A DNA stretch of 64,000 nt from Nitrospirota bacterium. GTDB taxonomy: Bacteria; Nitrospirota; Nitrospiria; 2-01-FULL-66-17. Each line of letters opens with the position of its first letter. The first letter of the stretch is position 1. The notes beneath the pieces are model-generated. The model made no database searches and was not told the origin of the DNA. It saw only the letters and a list, made by a program, of their open reading frames with translations. The stretch spans positions 1-64,000 of the forward strand of contig JBMOMC010000006.1 of the NCBI GenBank assembly GCA_049325335.1, written 5' to 3'. Shown piece by piece: positions 18,589 through 27,704 of the stretch. The translations under genes were made by a program, and so were the position numbers.

Positions 18589-19152
18589 ATGTACTGGTTC
18601 CTAATCCCATTGCTCGTTGGATTCGCCTTTGCGGTCGCCAGCGCGTTTACCGCCGCGTACTCCCGGCGCTTCGGCGAACGCGGCGGCCGACTGACGACGG
18701 CGGTTCTTCGTAACCTGGTGGGTATCCCGCTGTGGCTAATGGGCTTCATCATGGCCTGGCAGGCACCGTCACCCCGGTTATGGGCTTCTCACGCGATGTC
18801 CGCTCCGCGGGCCTGGATTCTTATCACGATCGGCTCAGTCCTGGTGGTTTGGGGCCATCTCCAGCTCGGGTGGCGCACCCACATGCCCTCGGTTCGGGAC
18901 ACGCTGGTGCGACATGGATTGTACGCCCATGTCCGGCATCCGATTTATGCGGGAAGCGTTCCGATCTTTGTGGGGCTGGCGCTGCTCAAACCGACAGGGA
19001 CCGTCGTCGTGGCCTGCGCGATCGCCATCGCGTGGCTCTTTGTCCAGGCCCGCCTGGAGGAGATCGATCTGCTGCAGCGCCTGCCGGCCTACCGAGGGTA
19101 TATGCAGGAGGTGCCGGGTTTCGTGCCCTGGTGGCGGAGGAAACGATCATGA
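18589..19152 (+). CDS. isoprenylcysteine carboxyl methyltransferase (ICMT/PEMT)-family membrane protein
   Basis: LVRHGLYAHVRHPIY, ARLEE..L, Y..Y...VP.F.P motifs. Confidence 0.8.
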   Translation: MYWFLIPLLVGFAFAVASAFTAAYSRRFGERGGRLTTAVLRNLVGIPLWLMGFIMAWQAPSPRLWASHAMSAPRAWILITIGSVLVVWGHLQLGWRTHMPSVRDTLVRHGLYAHVRHPIYAGSVPIFVGLALLKPTGTVVVACAIAIAWLFVQARLEEIDLLQRLPAYRGYMQEVPGFVPWWRRKRS

Positions 19153-19346
19153 ACGAATGGATGAGGACGTGCGCGCGCGAGTGGGCCTGGCTCTGCCCGT
19201 TCGTCATGCTGGGGTTGGCCGCGGTGATTTTGATCTTGTTCGGCGTCACGTTCTGGACCGCGATTCTGGTCGCGCTCCTGCTGGTCTGTCCCGCGATCAT
19301 GATCTGGGGTGCTCTCTATCTGAGGCGCCGCGCGCCGAAGAGGTGA
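19149..19346 (+). CDS. small two-TM membrane protein with LLLVCP motif
   Basis: ATGA overlap; MNEWMRTCAREWAWLCPF..LLLVCPAIM; DUF2933-like CP motif. Confidence 0.6.
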   Translation: MNEWMRTCAREWAWLCPFVMLGLAAVILILFGVTFWTAILVALLLVCPAIMIWGALYLRRRAPKR

Positions 19347-19347
19347 C

Positions 19348-21054
19348 GTGAAGACCGACCCCTTCAGGCTCAGATTCACCGACGTCAACCGTCTCCGCGC
19401 GATCCTGATGATCGTGATCGAGTCGGGTGGAGCCGTTGCGATCGAGCGATTGCGGCTCAACTACCTCCTTCCGCTCCGGTACCGCATCGTCAGTCTCATG
19501 AGACGAGCCCCGGTCGCGCGCCGCTCAGACCGTGGCGAGGCGCCGCCGATCTTCTCTCCTCCAGCTCTGCGGTCGCTGTTGGAGCGCCTCGGCCCGACCT
19601 TCATCAAATTCGGGCAGATCCTCAGCATGCGGGCCGATCTGGTGGGCGCGGACCTCTCCGAGGAGTTGTCCAAACTCCAGAGCAACGTCGGCCCGTTTCC
19701 CTATGAGAGGGCACGGGAAATCATCAAAGCGGAGTTGGGCGGCTACCCCGAAGACCTCTTCACCTCGTTCGAAAAGGTCCCGGTGGCCGCGGCCTCCCTG
19801 GCACAGGTCCATCGGGCCTTTCTCAAAGACGGCGCCGAGGTCGCGGTCAAGGTCCAGCGGCCCGGCATCCAAACGATCATTGCGCAGGACATTCACATCC
19901 TTTACTTCCTCGCGGGGATGGCGGAGCGGTTCCTCCCGGAGCTTCGGGCCTTCAGGCCGACGAGGATCGTGCAGGAGTTTGCGGATTGGACGTTCCGTGA
20001 GCTCGATTTCAAGGAAGAAGGCCACAATGCCGAGCGATTCCGGTACATCTTCCGTGAGAACCACGACATCTCCATTCCCAGGGTCTATTGGGACTACACG
20101 ACTTCCCGCGTGTTGACCGCCGCGTTTTCGCACGGGGCCAAGGTCACGGATCTCGATCGGATCGCGGCCTTCGGCGTGGATCGCAAGAAATTGGCGTCCA
20201 TCGGCGTGGACGCCTTCTTCCAACAATTCTTCGTGGCGGGTTTTTTCCATGCCGATCCGCATCCGGGGAATTTCTTCGCCATGCCTGACGGCTCGCTCTG
20301 CCTGCATGATTTCGGGATGGTCGGGTATCTGGATCAGACCTCGCGGCGGGAGCTCTTGAGTTGCCTGATCGGGTTCGTCAACAAGGACATCGAGGCGTAT
20401 ATCAAACACGTGATGCATCTGGCTGTGACCGACGATCGCAGCGACGTTGTGGGATTCGAAAAAGATACGGCGGGGATTCTGAGCGGGTTCTTCTTCTCAG
20501 AACATCCGCCGAGCGTGGCGTGGGCATTCTTCCGGGTGATCAACAACGCGACTCATCGCGGGATCAGGTTTCCAGCCGATTTGGCGCTTTTTGGGAAGGC
20601 GCTGGTGACCACCGAAGGAATGGGGAGCAAGCTCTACCCCGAGTTCGATCTCAATTCGGAGTTAGCTCCGTTCGTGACGAGCGCACTCAAGGGCTACTTC
20701 GCTCCCCAAAAGGCGCTCGAGCAGCTCGAAACCGATCTGCTCGATTACGCGGCCGCCGTGAGGACCTTCCCCGATCGGGCGCTCAATGTCTTAGCCAAGA
20801 TCGAACGGGGAGAGATCGGCGTGAAGCTGGACACGGGAGATCTGGACGGGCTGAAGAAGGAGTTTGATCGCCAGAATGATCTTCGGATGTTGGGGATGGT
20901 CCTGACGGCGGTGATCTTCGCGACGTTCGCATTGCTGCATTTCGAGGGGACCACAACATTGCTCGGCGTTCCTCTAAGCCGGCTGGGCCTCGCCGTCGCG
21001 GGCATCTTGGTTATCTGGTTCTTGATCCGGTTGAGGCAGGGACCGCGAAAATAA
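19348..21054 (+). CDS. UbiB/ABC1-family atypical kinase
   Basis: LGPTFIKFGQ, AAASLAQVH, VAVKVQRP, FHADPHPGN, DFGM; two C-terminal TMs. Confidence 0.92.
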   Translation: MKTDPFRLRFTDVNRLRAILMIVIESGGAVAIERLRLNYLLPLRYRIVSLMRRAPVARRSDRGEAPPIFSPPALRSLLERLGPTFIKFGQILSMRADLVGADLSEELSKLQSNVGPFPYERAREIIKAELGGYPEDLFTSFEKVPVAAASLAQVHRAFLKDGAEVAVKVQRPGIQTIIAQDIHILYFLAGMAERFLPELRAFRPTRIVQEFADWTFRELDFKEEGHNAERFRYIFRENHDISIPRVYWDYTTSRVLTAAFSHGAKVTDLDRIAAFGVDRKKLASIGVDAFFQQFFVAGFFHADPHPGNFFAMPDGSLCLHDFGMVGYLDQTSRRELLSCLIGFVNKDIEAYIKHVMHLAVTDDRSDVVGFEKDTAGILSGFFFSEHPPSVAWAFFRVINNATHRGIRFPADLALFGKALVTTEGMGSKLYPEFDLNSELAPFVTSALKGYFAPQKALEQLETDLLDYAAAVRTFPDRALNVLAKIERGEIGVKLDTGDLDGLKKEFDRQNDLRMLGMVLTAVIFATFALLHFEGTTTLLGVPLSRLGLAVAGILVIWFLIRLRQGPRK

Positions 21055-21066
21055 AGGAGGTCACTC

Positions 21067-21282
21067 ATGAAGCATGACCATGCATCCACCACACGCAACA
21101 GGTGGCGCTCAGGCTTGGCGCTGATCGGGTTTCTCGCGATCGGCGCGTTTTTCTTCCTGTCAGAGCATCGGGCGCACGCTTTCGGCATTCTGCCGTTTGT
21201 GCTGTTGCTGTTGTGCCCACTGCTCCATCTGTTCGGGCACGGCGGACACGGTCGACATTCGGGTGAAGGAGATCAGCGATGA
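21067..21282 (+). CDS. DUF2933-like small membrane protein
   Basis: EHRAH..LPF.LLLLCPLLHLFGHGGHGRH. Confidence 0.85.
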   Translation: MKHDHASTTRNRWRSGLALIGFLAIGAFFFLSEHRAHAFGILPFVLLLLCPLLHLFGHGGHGRHSGEGDQR

Positions 21283-21959
21283 ATGATTCCGCTCCTGCGT
21301 ATGGGTTGTGGTCGTTGGTCATCATCAATTCGCTGGTCTTCATTATGTTCGCGTTCAGCTTCACCAAACCGCGTACCGCCCGCGATTGGCGATCGTTCAG
21401 CGCGTTCTCGGCGTTTCTGGTGGCGCTGTTTACCGAAATGTACGGCTTCCCCCTGACCATCTACCTGCTCTCGGGCTGGCTGCAGAGCCGCTACCCCGGC
21501 GTGAACTGGTTCGCGCACGACTCCGGGCACCTCTTGGAGATGCTCTTCGGCTGGCGCGGCAATCCACATTTCGGACCCTTTCACTTGCTCAGCTCCGCCT
21601 TCATCGCCGGCGGGTTCATCCTGCTGGCCAACGCCTGGAAAGTGCTGTATGAGGCCCAGAGGACGCACACCTTGGCGACCACGGGTCCCTACGCGCGCAT
21701 CCGGCATCCACAGTACGTGGGGTTTGTCCTGATCATGTTCGGGTTCTTGCTGCAATGGCCGACGATCCTCACGTTGGCCATGTTCCCGGTGCTGGTCTTC
21801 ATGTACGTCCGGTTGGCGCTGCGTGAGGAACGTGACGTGAGGGCTGAGTTCGGGGAGGGCTACGCCCGCTACGCAGAACACACGCCCCGCTTCTTCCCGC
21901 ACGTCGGCTCCGGCGCGGGGACGCAAGCACGCAGTGCCCGAAGCGGTGGGCATCACTAA
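21279..21959 (+). CDS. ICMT-family methyltransferase (usual DUF2933 partner)
   Basis: AYGLW, ALFTEMYGFPLTIY, GPYARIRHPQY, LQWPT, REE. Confidence 0.88.
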   Translation: MNDSAPAYGLWSLVIINSLVFIMFAFSFTKPRTARDWRSFSAFSAFLVALFTEMYGFPLTIYLLSGWLQSRYPGVNWFAHDSGHLLEMLFGWRGNPHFGPFHLLSSAFIAGGFILLANAWKVLYEAQRTHTLATTGPYARIRHPQYVGFVLIMFGFLLQWPTILTLAMFPVLVFMYVRLALREERDVRAEFGEGYARYAEHTPRFFPHVGSGAGTQARSARSGGHH

Positions 21960-21987
21960 GAAAGAGTGGGGGATCGAGGGAGTCACC

Positions 21988-23172
21988 ATGCCACGCCGTA
22001 TCGTTGTGAGGGCGTTGTCTCGCCTTCCGATCGAACAACACGAGGTCGAGTTGTGCGAGCACAAAGGGATCGGGCACCCGGACACCATCGCGGATACGGT
22101 CTGCGAATCGGCATCACGCGAGTTGTCGCTCGCGTACATGACGGCTTATGGCCGCATTCTGCACCACAATCTGGACAAAGGTTTGCTCGCAGCGGGGAAG
22201 AGCGTGCCGCGGTTCGGCGGCGGCACGTGCATCGAGCCCATCAAGATCATCGTCTGTGGCCGAGCGACGAACGGGAGCCCGGCGATCAATGTGCGGGCGA
22301 TCGTGGGCGCGGCGGCGCGACGCGCCCTGGAGCGCCACATTCGATGCGATGTCTCGCACTTCGATGTGGACACCCAGATCCGGGAGGGCAGTGCGAATCT
22401 CAAAGAGGTCTTTGCGCGGGGGGAGAAGACGCCGCTGGCAAACGACACGTCGTTCGGCTGCGGCTACGCCCCATACTCCCGATTGGAACAGACCGTGCTC
22501 GCGCTCTCGCGCCTGTTGAAGTCGCCCGACTTCAGAACCACGTTTCCCGCTGCCGGCGATGATTTCAAGATCATGGGGCACCGGGTGAACGGGACGCTAC
22601 GCGTGACGATCGCGCTGGCGTTCGTGGATCGCCACGTGGAGGGCGTGGGGTCGTACTTTGCGATCAAACGCGCGATGCATGACTACGTGGCCGACCACCT
22701 AGATGCGCCGGCCGAAATTCGGATCAATACGTTGGACGATCCAACCGCGAAAAATGAGGCGGGCGTGTACCTCACCGTGACCGGATTGAGCGCGGAGATG
22801 GGGGATGATGGTCAAGTCGGCCGGGGCAATCGCGTGAGCGGCCTGATCACGCCGAACCGGAACATGTCGCTGGAGGCCGCGGCGGGCAAGAACCCGGTTT
22901 CGCACGTCGGCAAGCTTTATAACGTCCTGGCCACGCTGATCGCGAAGGACGTGTACGACCGCGTCGAGGGGCTGGATGAAGTCAGCGTGACGCTCTTGTC
23001 CGCCATCGGGGAGCCGACCGACCAGCCCCAGGTCGCGGCCATCGAGATCGGAACGCGACACGGTGTGTCCGCGGAGTTGGTCAGAAGGGCGACGGGAGTG
23101 GCAGATGAATGGTTGGGAAAAATCGGGACGGTCACGGAGCTGATCCTCAACGAACAGGTGACAGTGTACTGA
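21988..23172 (+). CDS. mat: archaeal-type S-adenosylmethionine synthetase (methionine adenosyltransferase)
   Basis: E.CEHKGIGHPDTIAD, HHNLDK, ANDTSFG.GYAP, DFKIMG, YLTVTG.SAEMGDDGQVGRGNR, EAAAGKNPVSHVGKLYN. Confidence 0.9.
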   Translation: MPRRIVVRALSRLPIEQHEVELCEHKGIGHPDTIADTVCESASRELSLAYMTAYGRILHHNLDKGLLAAGKSVPRFGGGTCIEPIKIIVCGRATNGSPAINVRAIVGAAARRALERHIRCDVSHFDVDTQIREGSANLKEVFARGEKTPLANDTSFGCGYAPYSRLEQTVLALSRLLKSPDFRTTFPAAGDDFKIMGHRVNGTLRVTIALAFVDRHVEGVGSYFAIKRAMHDYVADHLDAPAEIRINTLDDPTAKNEAGVYLTVTGLSAEMGDDGQVGRGNRVSGLITPNRNMSLEAAAGKNPVSHVGKLYNVLATLIAKDVYDRVEGLDEVSVTLLSAIGEPTDQPQVAAIEIGTRHGVSAELVRRATGVADEWLGKIGTVTELILNEQVTVY

Positions 23173-23235
23173 CTGATGGAGCTTCTGGGACCCCGTGTCT
23201 GAAGCTCCTGATGAGCGGATAAGGAGGTTCTAGCC

Positions 23236-23415
23236 ATGTGGAAAAAGAAGGACATTGATCCGGTTTGTGGGATGTTGGTCAAAACCAGCGACGCTCGATT
23301 TACGAGCGTGTATCAGGACAAGACCTATTACTTCTGCGAATCAGGCTGCAAAGAGCGCTTTGACCAGGACCCCGCTCGATATCTCAAGTCGTTTGACGGG
23401 CGCGAACGCACATGA
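23236..23415 (+). CDS. stand-alone YHS-domain protein (59 aa, absent from ORF track)
   Basis: AAGGAGG RBS; MWKKKDIDPVCGMLV..YQDKTYYFCESGCKERFDQDPARY. Confidence 0.88.
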   Translation: MWKKKDIDPVCGMLVKTSDARFTSVYQDKTYYFCESGCKERFDQDPARYLKSFDGRERT

Positions 23416-23468
23416 AACTGACGAGCGGGAGTGAGGGGCATCGATCGAGTGACACGGGGGGGGAGCGT

Positions 23469-23861
23469 ATGAGGACGACAATGACACGACGCGTAGCCGT
23501 TTTTGTGGCGCTGGTGATCACGTCCACGGCGTGCGCCCACTGGATGGGCTGGGGAAGTATGCAACCTGGGCATATGAGAACGGAGGATGGAACCGCACAG
23601 GCGGCCGATCGTCCGATGCCTATGGGAACGACACAGGCTCCGGTCCTTAAGACGGAGGGCGTGAGTGAAGATCAGATGCGGATGTTGTTGGACGTGATGG
23701 TGTTGATGCGCGACATGATGGAAAGCATGAAGGGCATGACGGTCGATCCCACGACCCAGCACAAGATGGACCAGATGATGAGCAAAATGGATGAACTCAT
23801 GATCCGGCATCGGGCGATGATGAAGGAGCACGGAATGACCGTGCCTCCGGTTCTTCACTAG
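23469..23861 (+). CDS. Met-rich lipoprotein (helical; paralog of 50988-51308)
   Basis: Lipobox-like STAC; C-terminal DQM..MRDMMESMKGMTVD..MDQMMSKMDELM..H.AMMK. Confidence 0.75.
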   Translation: MRTTMTRRVAVFVALVITSTACAHWMGWGSMQPGHMRTEDGTAQAADRPMPMGTTQAPVLKTEGVSEDQMRMLLDVMVLMRDMMESMKGMTVDPTTQHKMDQMMSKMDELMIRHRAMMKEHGMTVPPVLH

Positions 23862-23927
23862 CAACCGGTTGATCTGAGGGGATGATGCACGCGATGACGA
23901 CCCGTCGGCTCGGCTCCGTCAACACGA

Positions 23928-24953
23928 ATGAGGCAGCTTAAAATGGGTAAGCGACAGGCGGAAGACGATACCGTATCGAATCGTTGCGGGATCATTCTCG
24001 CTGGAGGGGACGGGCTGCGCCTCCGCCCCTTTATCCGGAGGGTCCGCGGCGACGCCTTGCCCAAGCAGTACGTGAACTTTGTCGGCAAGCGCTCCATGTT
24101 GGAACACACCTTCCACCGCGTGGAGCGGCTGATCCCGAGCGACCGTCTCTTCACGGTGGTGAGCCGCGACCATCTGAAACATCCCGAGGTCCGGCGGCAA
24201 CTGGCCGGCCGCTCGAAAGGCACCGTCATTCTCCAACCCGAAAACAGAGAGACCGGTCCCGGACTTCTCCTGCCGTTGGTGCATCTTCACGCGCGGTATG
24301 GTGACGCCGTGGTGGCGGTGTTCCCATCGGATCACTTTGTCCTCCATGAGGCCGCGTTTATGGGACAGGTGGATATCGCCTGCCGCGCGGTGGAGCGGGA
24401 TCCGTCTCGCGTCGTGCTGTTGGGGGTGGAGCCGGATAGGCCGGAGCCGGAATACGGCTACCTGCTTCCCGATGGAGCCAACGGTCACGACGTGCCCGAT
24501 GGCACCTGCCCATTGTCGGGTTTTGTTGAAAAACCCGGGATTGACGCCGCGCGGGACCTGGTCCTGCGAGGCGGGCTGTGGAACACGTTGGTCATGGCCT
24601 TCCGAGTCAACACGCTCCTGAGTCTGGTGCAGGAGGTGACGCCGAGCGTCTATCGGACCTTTGAACTGATCGAGGCGGCTATCGGGACTCCCAGCGAAGG
24701 CGAAGTCGTTGAAGGCGCCTACCGGACGATGGAACGAGTGAATCTTTCACATAACGTGCTGGAAGTGTTGGCGCGGCGGCGGCCGTCTCCTCTGCTGGTG
24801 ATTCCGGTCAAGGGCGTCGGCTGGAGCGATTGGGGATCGGAGGAGCGCATCGCAAACGTCTTGCAAAGGAACGGGTGCGTGAGTCGATCTCCTGCGCCAT
24901 CCCGTGTCGAAGACGTTGGACGTGGCGCAGAACGCCTGAACCCACAGGTATAG
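23928..24953 (+). CDS. mannose-1-phosphate guanylyltransferase-like nucleotidyltransferase
   Basis: IILAGGDGLRL, PKQY, QPENRETGPG, FPSDH, EYGY, FVEKP, LWNT, GWSDWG; start codon uncertain. Confidence 0.85.
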   Translation: MRQLKMGKRQAEDDTVSNRCGIILAGGDGLRLRPFIRRVRGDALPKQYVNFVGKRSMLEHTFHRVERLIPSDRLFTVVSRDHLKHPEVRRQLAGRSKGTVILQPENRETGPGLLLPLVHLHARYGDAVVAVFPSDHFVLHEAAFMGQVDIACRAVERDPSRVVLLGVEPDRPEPEYGYLLPDGANGHDVPDGTCPLSGFVEKPGIDAARDLVLRGGLWNTLVMAFRVNTLLSLVQEVTPSVYRTFELIEAAIGTPSEGEVVEGAYRTMERVNLSHNVLEVLARRRPSPLLVIPVKGVGWSDWGSEERIANVLQRNGCVSRSPAPSRVEDVGRGAERLNPQV

Positions 24954-24988
24954 ATTGCAATTACGGAAGACACATGTCGAGGAGTCGC

Positions 24989-25447
24989 ATGTTCTCGCAT
25001 AGGGGAGATCCTCCGACCTGTCCGATGAACGGTCAAGCCACCAAACCCGTTGGGCGAAAGACCGTCGAGAGCTTGATCAAGCCGGAAGTGAGGGGAACGT
25101 TGACGCCTCAACCGTATTACTTCTGCGATGCCCCCGACTGCGATACGGTGTATGTCTCGGCGTTGGGCGATCACGTGGTCGCCAAGGAGATGCTCACCGT
25201 GCGCGTGGGGATCAAGGAGACCGAAGACCTGATCCCGCTCTGTTATTGCTTCGGTTATGACCGCCGGGCGGTCCGGGATGACATCCGTCGCACGGGTGAC
25301 ACGGACATCCAACGGATCATCACCGAGCGGGTGAAAGCCGGCGAGTGCCGGTGCGAAGAGACCAATCCCAGTGGAGGGTGTTGTTTGGGTAGCGTCGCAA
25401 AGGCCATCAAGGAAGCTCGCGCGATGAAGGAACAAGGACTTCTCTAG
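24989..25447 (+). CDS. Cys-rich protein resembling the Zn/[2Fe-2S] N-terminal domain of Archaeoglobus CopZ
   Basis: GAGGAG then ATG; CP.NG, YYFC...DC.TVY, LCYCFG, CRCEETNPSGGCCLG. Confidence 0.8.
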   Translation: MFSHRGDPPTCPMNGQATKPVGRKTVESLIKPEVRGTLTPQPYYFCDAPDCDTVYVSALGDHVVAKEMLTVRVGIKETEDLIPLCYCFGYDRRAVRDDIRRTGDTDIQRIITERVKAGECRCEETNPSGGCCLGSVAKAIKEARAMKEQGLL

Positions 25448-25469
25448 TCGAGCACGAGGAGCAGGGTAG

Positions 25470-27320
25470 ATGCAACCGAAACAGCAGCAGTTTTCGATCT
25501 GGTACTTTGTGGTCGCTTCCCTGGTGATAGTTGCCATTCAGTTCGTCCTGTTCGCGCCGCACATCGAGAATCTGGCGTACAGCGACTTCAAGGTGCTCCT
25601 GCGAGCCGGGAAAGTGGCTGATGTGGATCTCGGTTCCCGCGTGATCAAAGGCACGTTGAAGAAGGAGGGCTTGGAGGGACTCCTGCCGCAGCAGAAGATC
25701 GACGAACTCAAGCAATTCGGCCAAGGGGAGCACCGGTTTGTCACGGTGCGGGTGGATGATCCTGCTCTGATTCAAGAACTGGAAACGTTGAAGGTGCGGT
25801 TCGCGGGCGAAGTGGAGAGTACATGGTTTACGACGCTATTGTCCTGGATCTTCCCGGCCCTGATCACGTTAGCCCTTTGGGGATTCTTGATGAGACGGAT
25901 GGGTGCTGCCAGCGGCGTGATGGAGATCGGAAAGAGCAAGGCCAAGGTCTACCTGGAAAAGCAGACCGGCGTGACGTTTGACGACGTGGCGGGAATCGAT
26001 GAAGCGCGCGGCGAGTTGATGGAGGTGGTCGAGTTTCTCAAGACTCCGGAGCGATACCGCCGGCTGGGCGGCAAGATTCCCAAAGGCGTCCTGATCGTCG
26101 GCGCTCCCGGCACCGGAAAGACCCTGCTGGCCAAGGCCGTGGCCGGCGAAGCCGGTGTGCCGTTCCTCAGCATCAGCGGGTCCGAATTTGTCGAGATGTT
26201 CGTGGGGGTCGGAGCGGCGCGCGTCCGGGACCTGTTCGCCCGGGCGCAGGAGAAAGCGCCCTGCATCATCTTCATCGACGAGTTAGACGCCCTGGGAAAA
26301 GTCCGAGGGATCAGCGCGATCGGAGGGCACGAAGAACGCGAGCAGACGCTCAATCAGTTGCTGGTGGAAATGGACGGGTTCGACACCAACAAGGGTGTCA
26401 TCATCATGGCCGCCACCAACCGGCCTGAGATCCTCGACCCCGCCTTGCTCCGTCCCGGCCGCTTCGATCGGCACGTGGCGTTGGATCGCCCGGATCTCAA
26501 GGGGCGCGAGAAGATCCTTCAGGTCCACGCTAAACACGTTCGCCTCGCGCCCGAGGTCGTACTGTCGGCCGTCGCTGCGAAGACGCCGGGGTTCGTGGGA
26601 GCGGATCTGGCGAACCTCGTGAACGAGGCGGCGCTCTTGGCGGCACGCAAAGGCAAGGAGGCCGTCGAGATGACGGACTTCGACGAGGCGATCGACCGCA
26701 TCGTAGCGGGTTTGGAGAAGAAGTCCCGGCTGATGAATCCCAAGGAAAAGGAGACCGTGGCGTACCACGAGGCCGGCCACGCCCTGGTCGCCGAATCGCG
26801 CCCCCACGCGGACCGGGTTTCGAAAATCTCGATCATTCCCCGCGGGGTGGCTGCCTTGGGCTACACCCAGCAACTCCCCACGGAAGACAGGTACCTCCTG
26901 AAGAAGGCCGAACTGCTCGATCGGCTCGACGTGTTACTGGGTGGCCGGGTGGCGGAGGAACTCGTGTTCAGCGATGTTTCCACGGGGGCTCAAAACGATC
27001 TCCAGCGGGCGACCGACATGGCACGGCATATGGTCACGCAATACGGCATGAGCGAGCAGTTGGGTTTGGCGACGTTCGAGGAGCCGCGCAGCGCCTTTCT
27101 GAATATCCCGGGGCCCCAAGGCCGGCGAGAGTACTCCGAGCGGACGGCTCAGGCGATCGACGAGGAGATCGGGAAACTCCTGGCGGACGCCCGCGCTCGG
27201 GTGACCGAGACTCTCACCACGAAGCGCGCCGCACTCGAATCGCTGGCCAAGCTCCTGCTGGAACGAGAGGTCGTCGACCGCGCGATGCTGGACCAGGTGT
27301 TGGGAGTCCGAAATGGGTGA
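25470..27320 (+). CDS. ftsH: ATP-dependent zinc metalloprotease FtsH
   Basis: Two TMs, [42 protein letters not shown]. Confidence 0.96.
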   Translation: MQPKQQQFSIWYFVVASLVIVAIQFVLFAPHIENLAYSDFKVLLRAGKVADVDLGSRVIKGTLKKEGLEGLLPQQKIDELKQFGQGEHRFVTVRVDDPALIQELETLKVRFAGEVESTWFTTLLSWIFPALITLALWGFLMRRMGAASGVMEIGKSKAKVYLEKQTGVTFDDVAGIDEARGELMEVVEFLKTPERYRRLGGKIPKGVLIVGAPGTGKTLLAKAVAGEAGVPFLSISGSEFVEMFVGVGAARVRDLFARAQEKAPCIIFIDELDALGKVRGISAIGGHEEREQTLNQLLVEMDGFDTNKGVIIMAATNRPEILDPALLRPGRFDRHVALDRPDLKGREKILQVHAKHVRLAPEVVLSAVAAKTPGFVGADLANLVNEAALLAARKGKEAVEMTDFDEAIDRIVAGLEKKSRLMNPKEKETVAYHEAGHALVAESRPHADRVSKISIIPRGVAALGYTQQLPTEDRYLLKKAELLDRLDVLLGGRVAEELVFSDVSTGAQNDLQRATDMARHMVTQYGMSEQLGLATFEEPRSAFLNIPGPQGRREYSERTAQAIDEEIGKLLADARARVTETLTTKRAALESLAKLLLEREVVDRAMLDQVLGVRNG

Positions 27321-27452
27321 GGCGGGGATTCTTCCATTTCCGGAAGAGGAGACCTTGTGACGAATGGAAGAAATGGAAGATTTGAGTTCAAGGGTATTTC
27401 CTGACCGGGACGGGGTAACTTCGCGCCGCTGGCAAGGTGAAAGGAGACCGCG

Positions 27453-27677
27453 ATGCATTTCGACGGCTGGGGATTTTTCGGCATGCACGTATTCTGGTGG
27501 TTGTTCTGGATCGTTCTGATCCTGGCGTTCTTTTCGCTGCTGACTCCGGTGCCGCGCCACAAGGCGCGCGAAACGCCGCTGCAGATCCTCCAACGGCGCT
27601 ACGCCGCGGGCGAGCTCTCGACTCAAGAGTACGAAGAGCGCAAGGCAAGGCTTGAACGCGATGCGCCGAAGACCTAG
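27453..27677 (+). CDS. SHOCT-domain small membrane protein
   Basis: AAGGAG RBS; GMH.FWW.FW TM, PLQILQRRYAAGELSTQEYEERK. Confidence 0.85.
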   Translation: MHFDGWGFFGMHVFWWLFWIVLILAFFSLLTPVPRHKARETPLQILQRRYAAGELSTQEYEERKARLERDAPKT

Positions 27678-27704
27678 TCCGATGCAGTCTGCTGGAGCTG
27701 AATC

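Noticed and set aside
27350..27380. CueR-type promoter before the second ATPase
   Set aside because: Only a half-site matches and there is no TTGAC -35 or correctly spaced -10; kept only as a low-interest motif cluster
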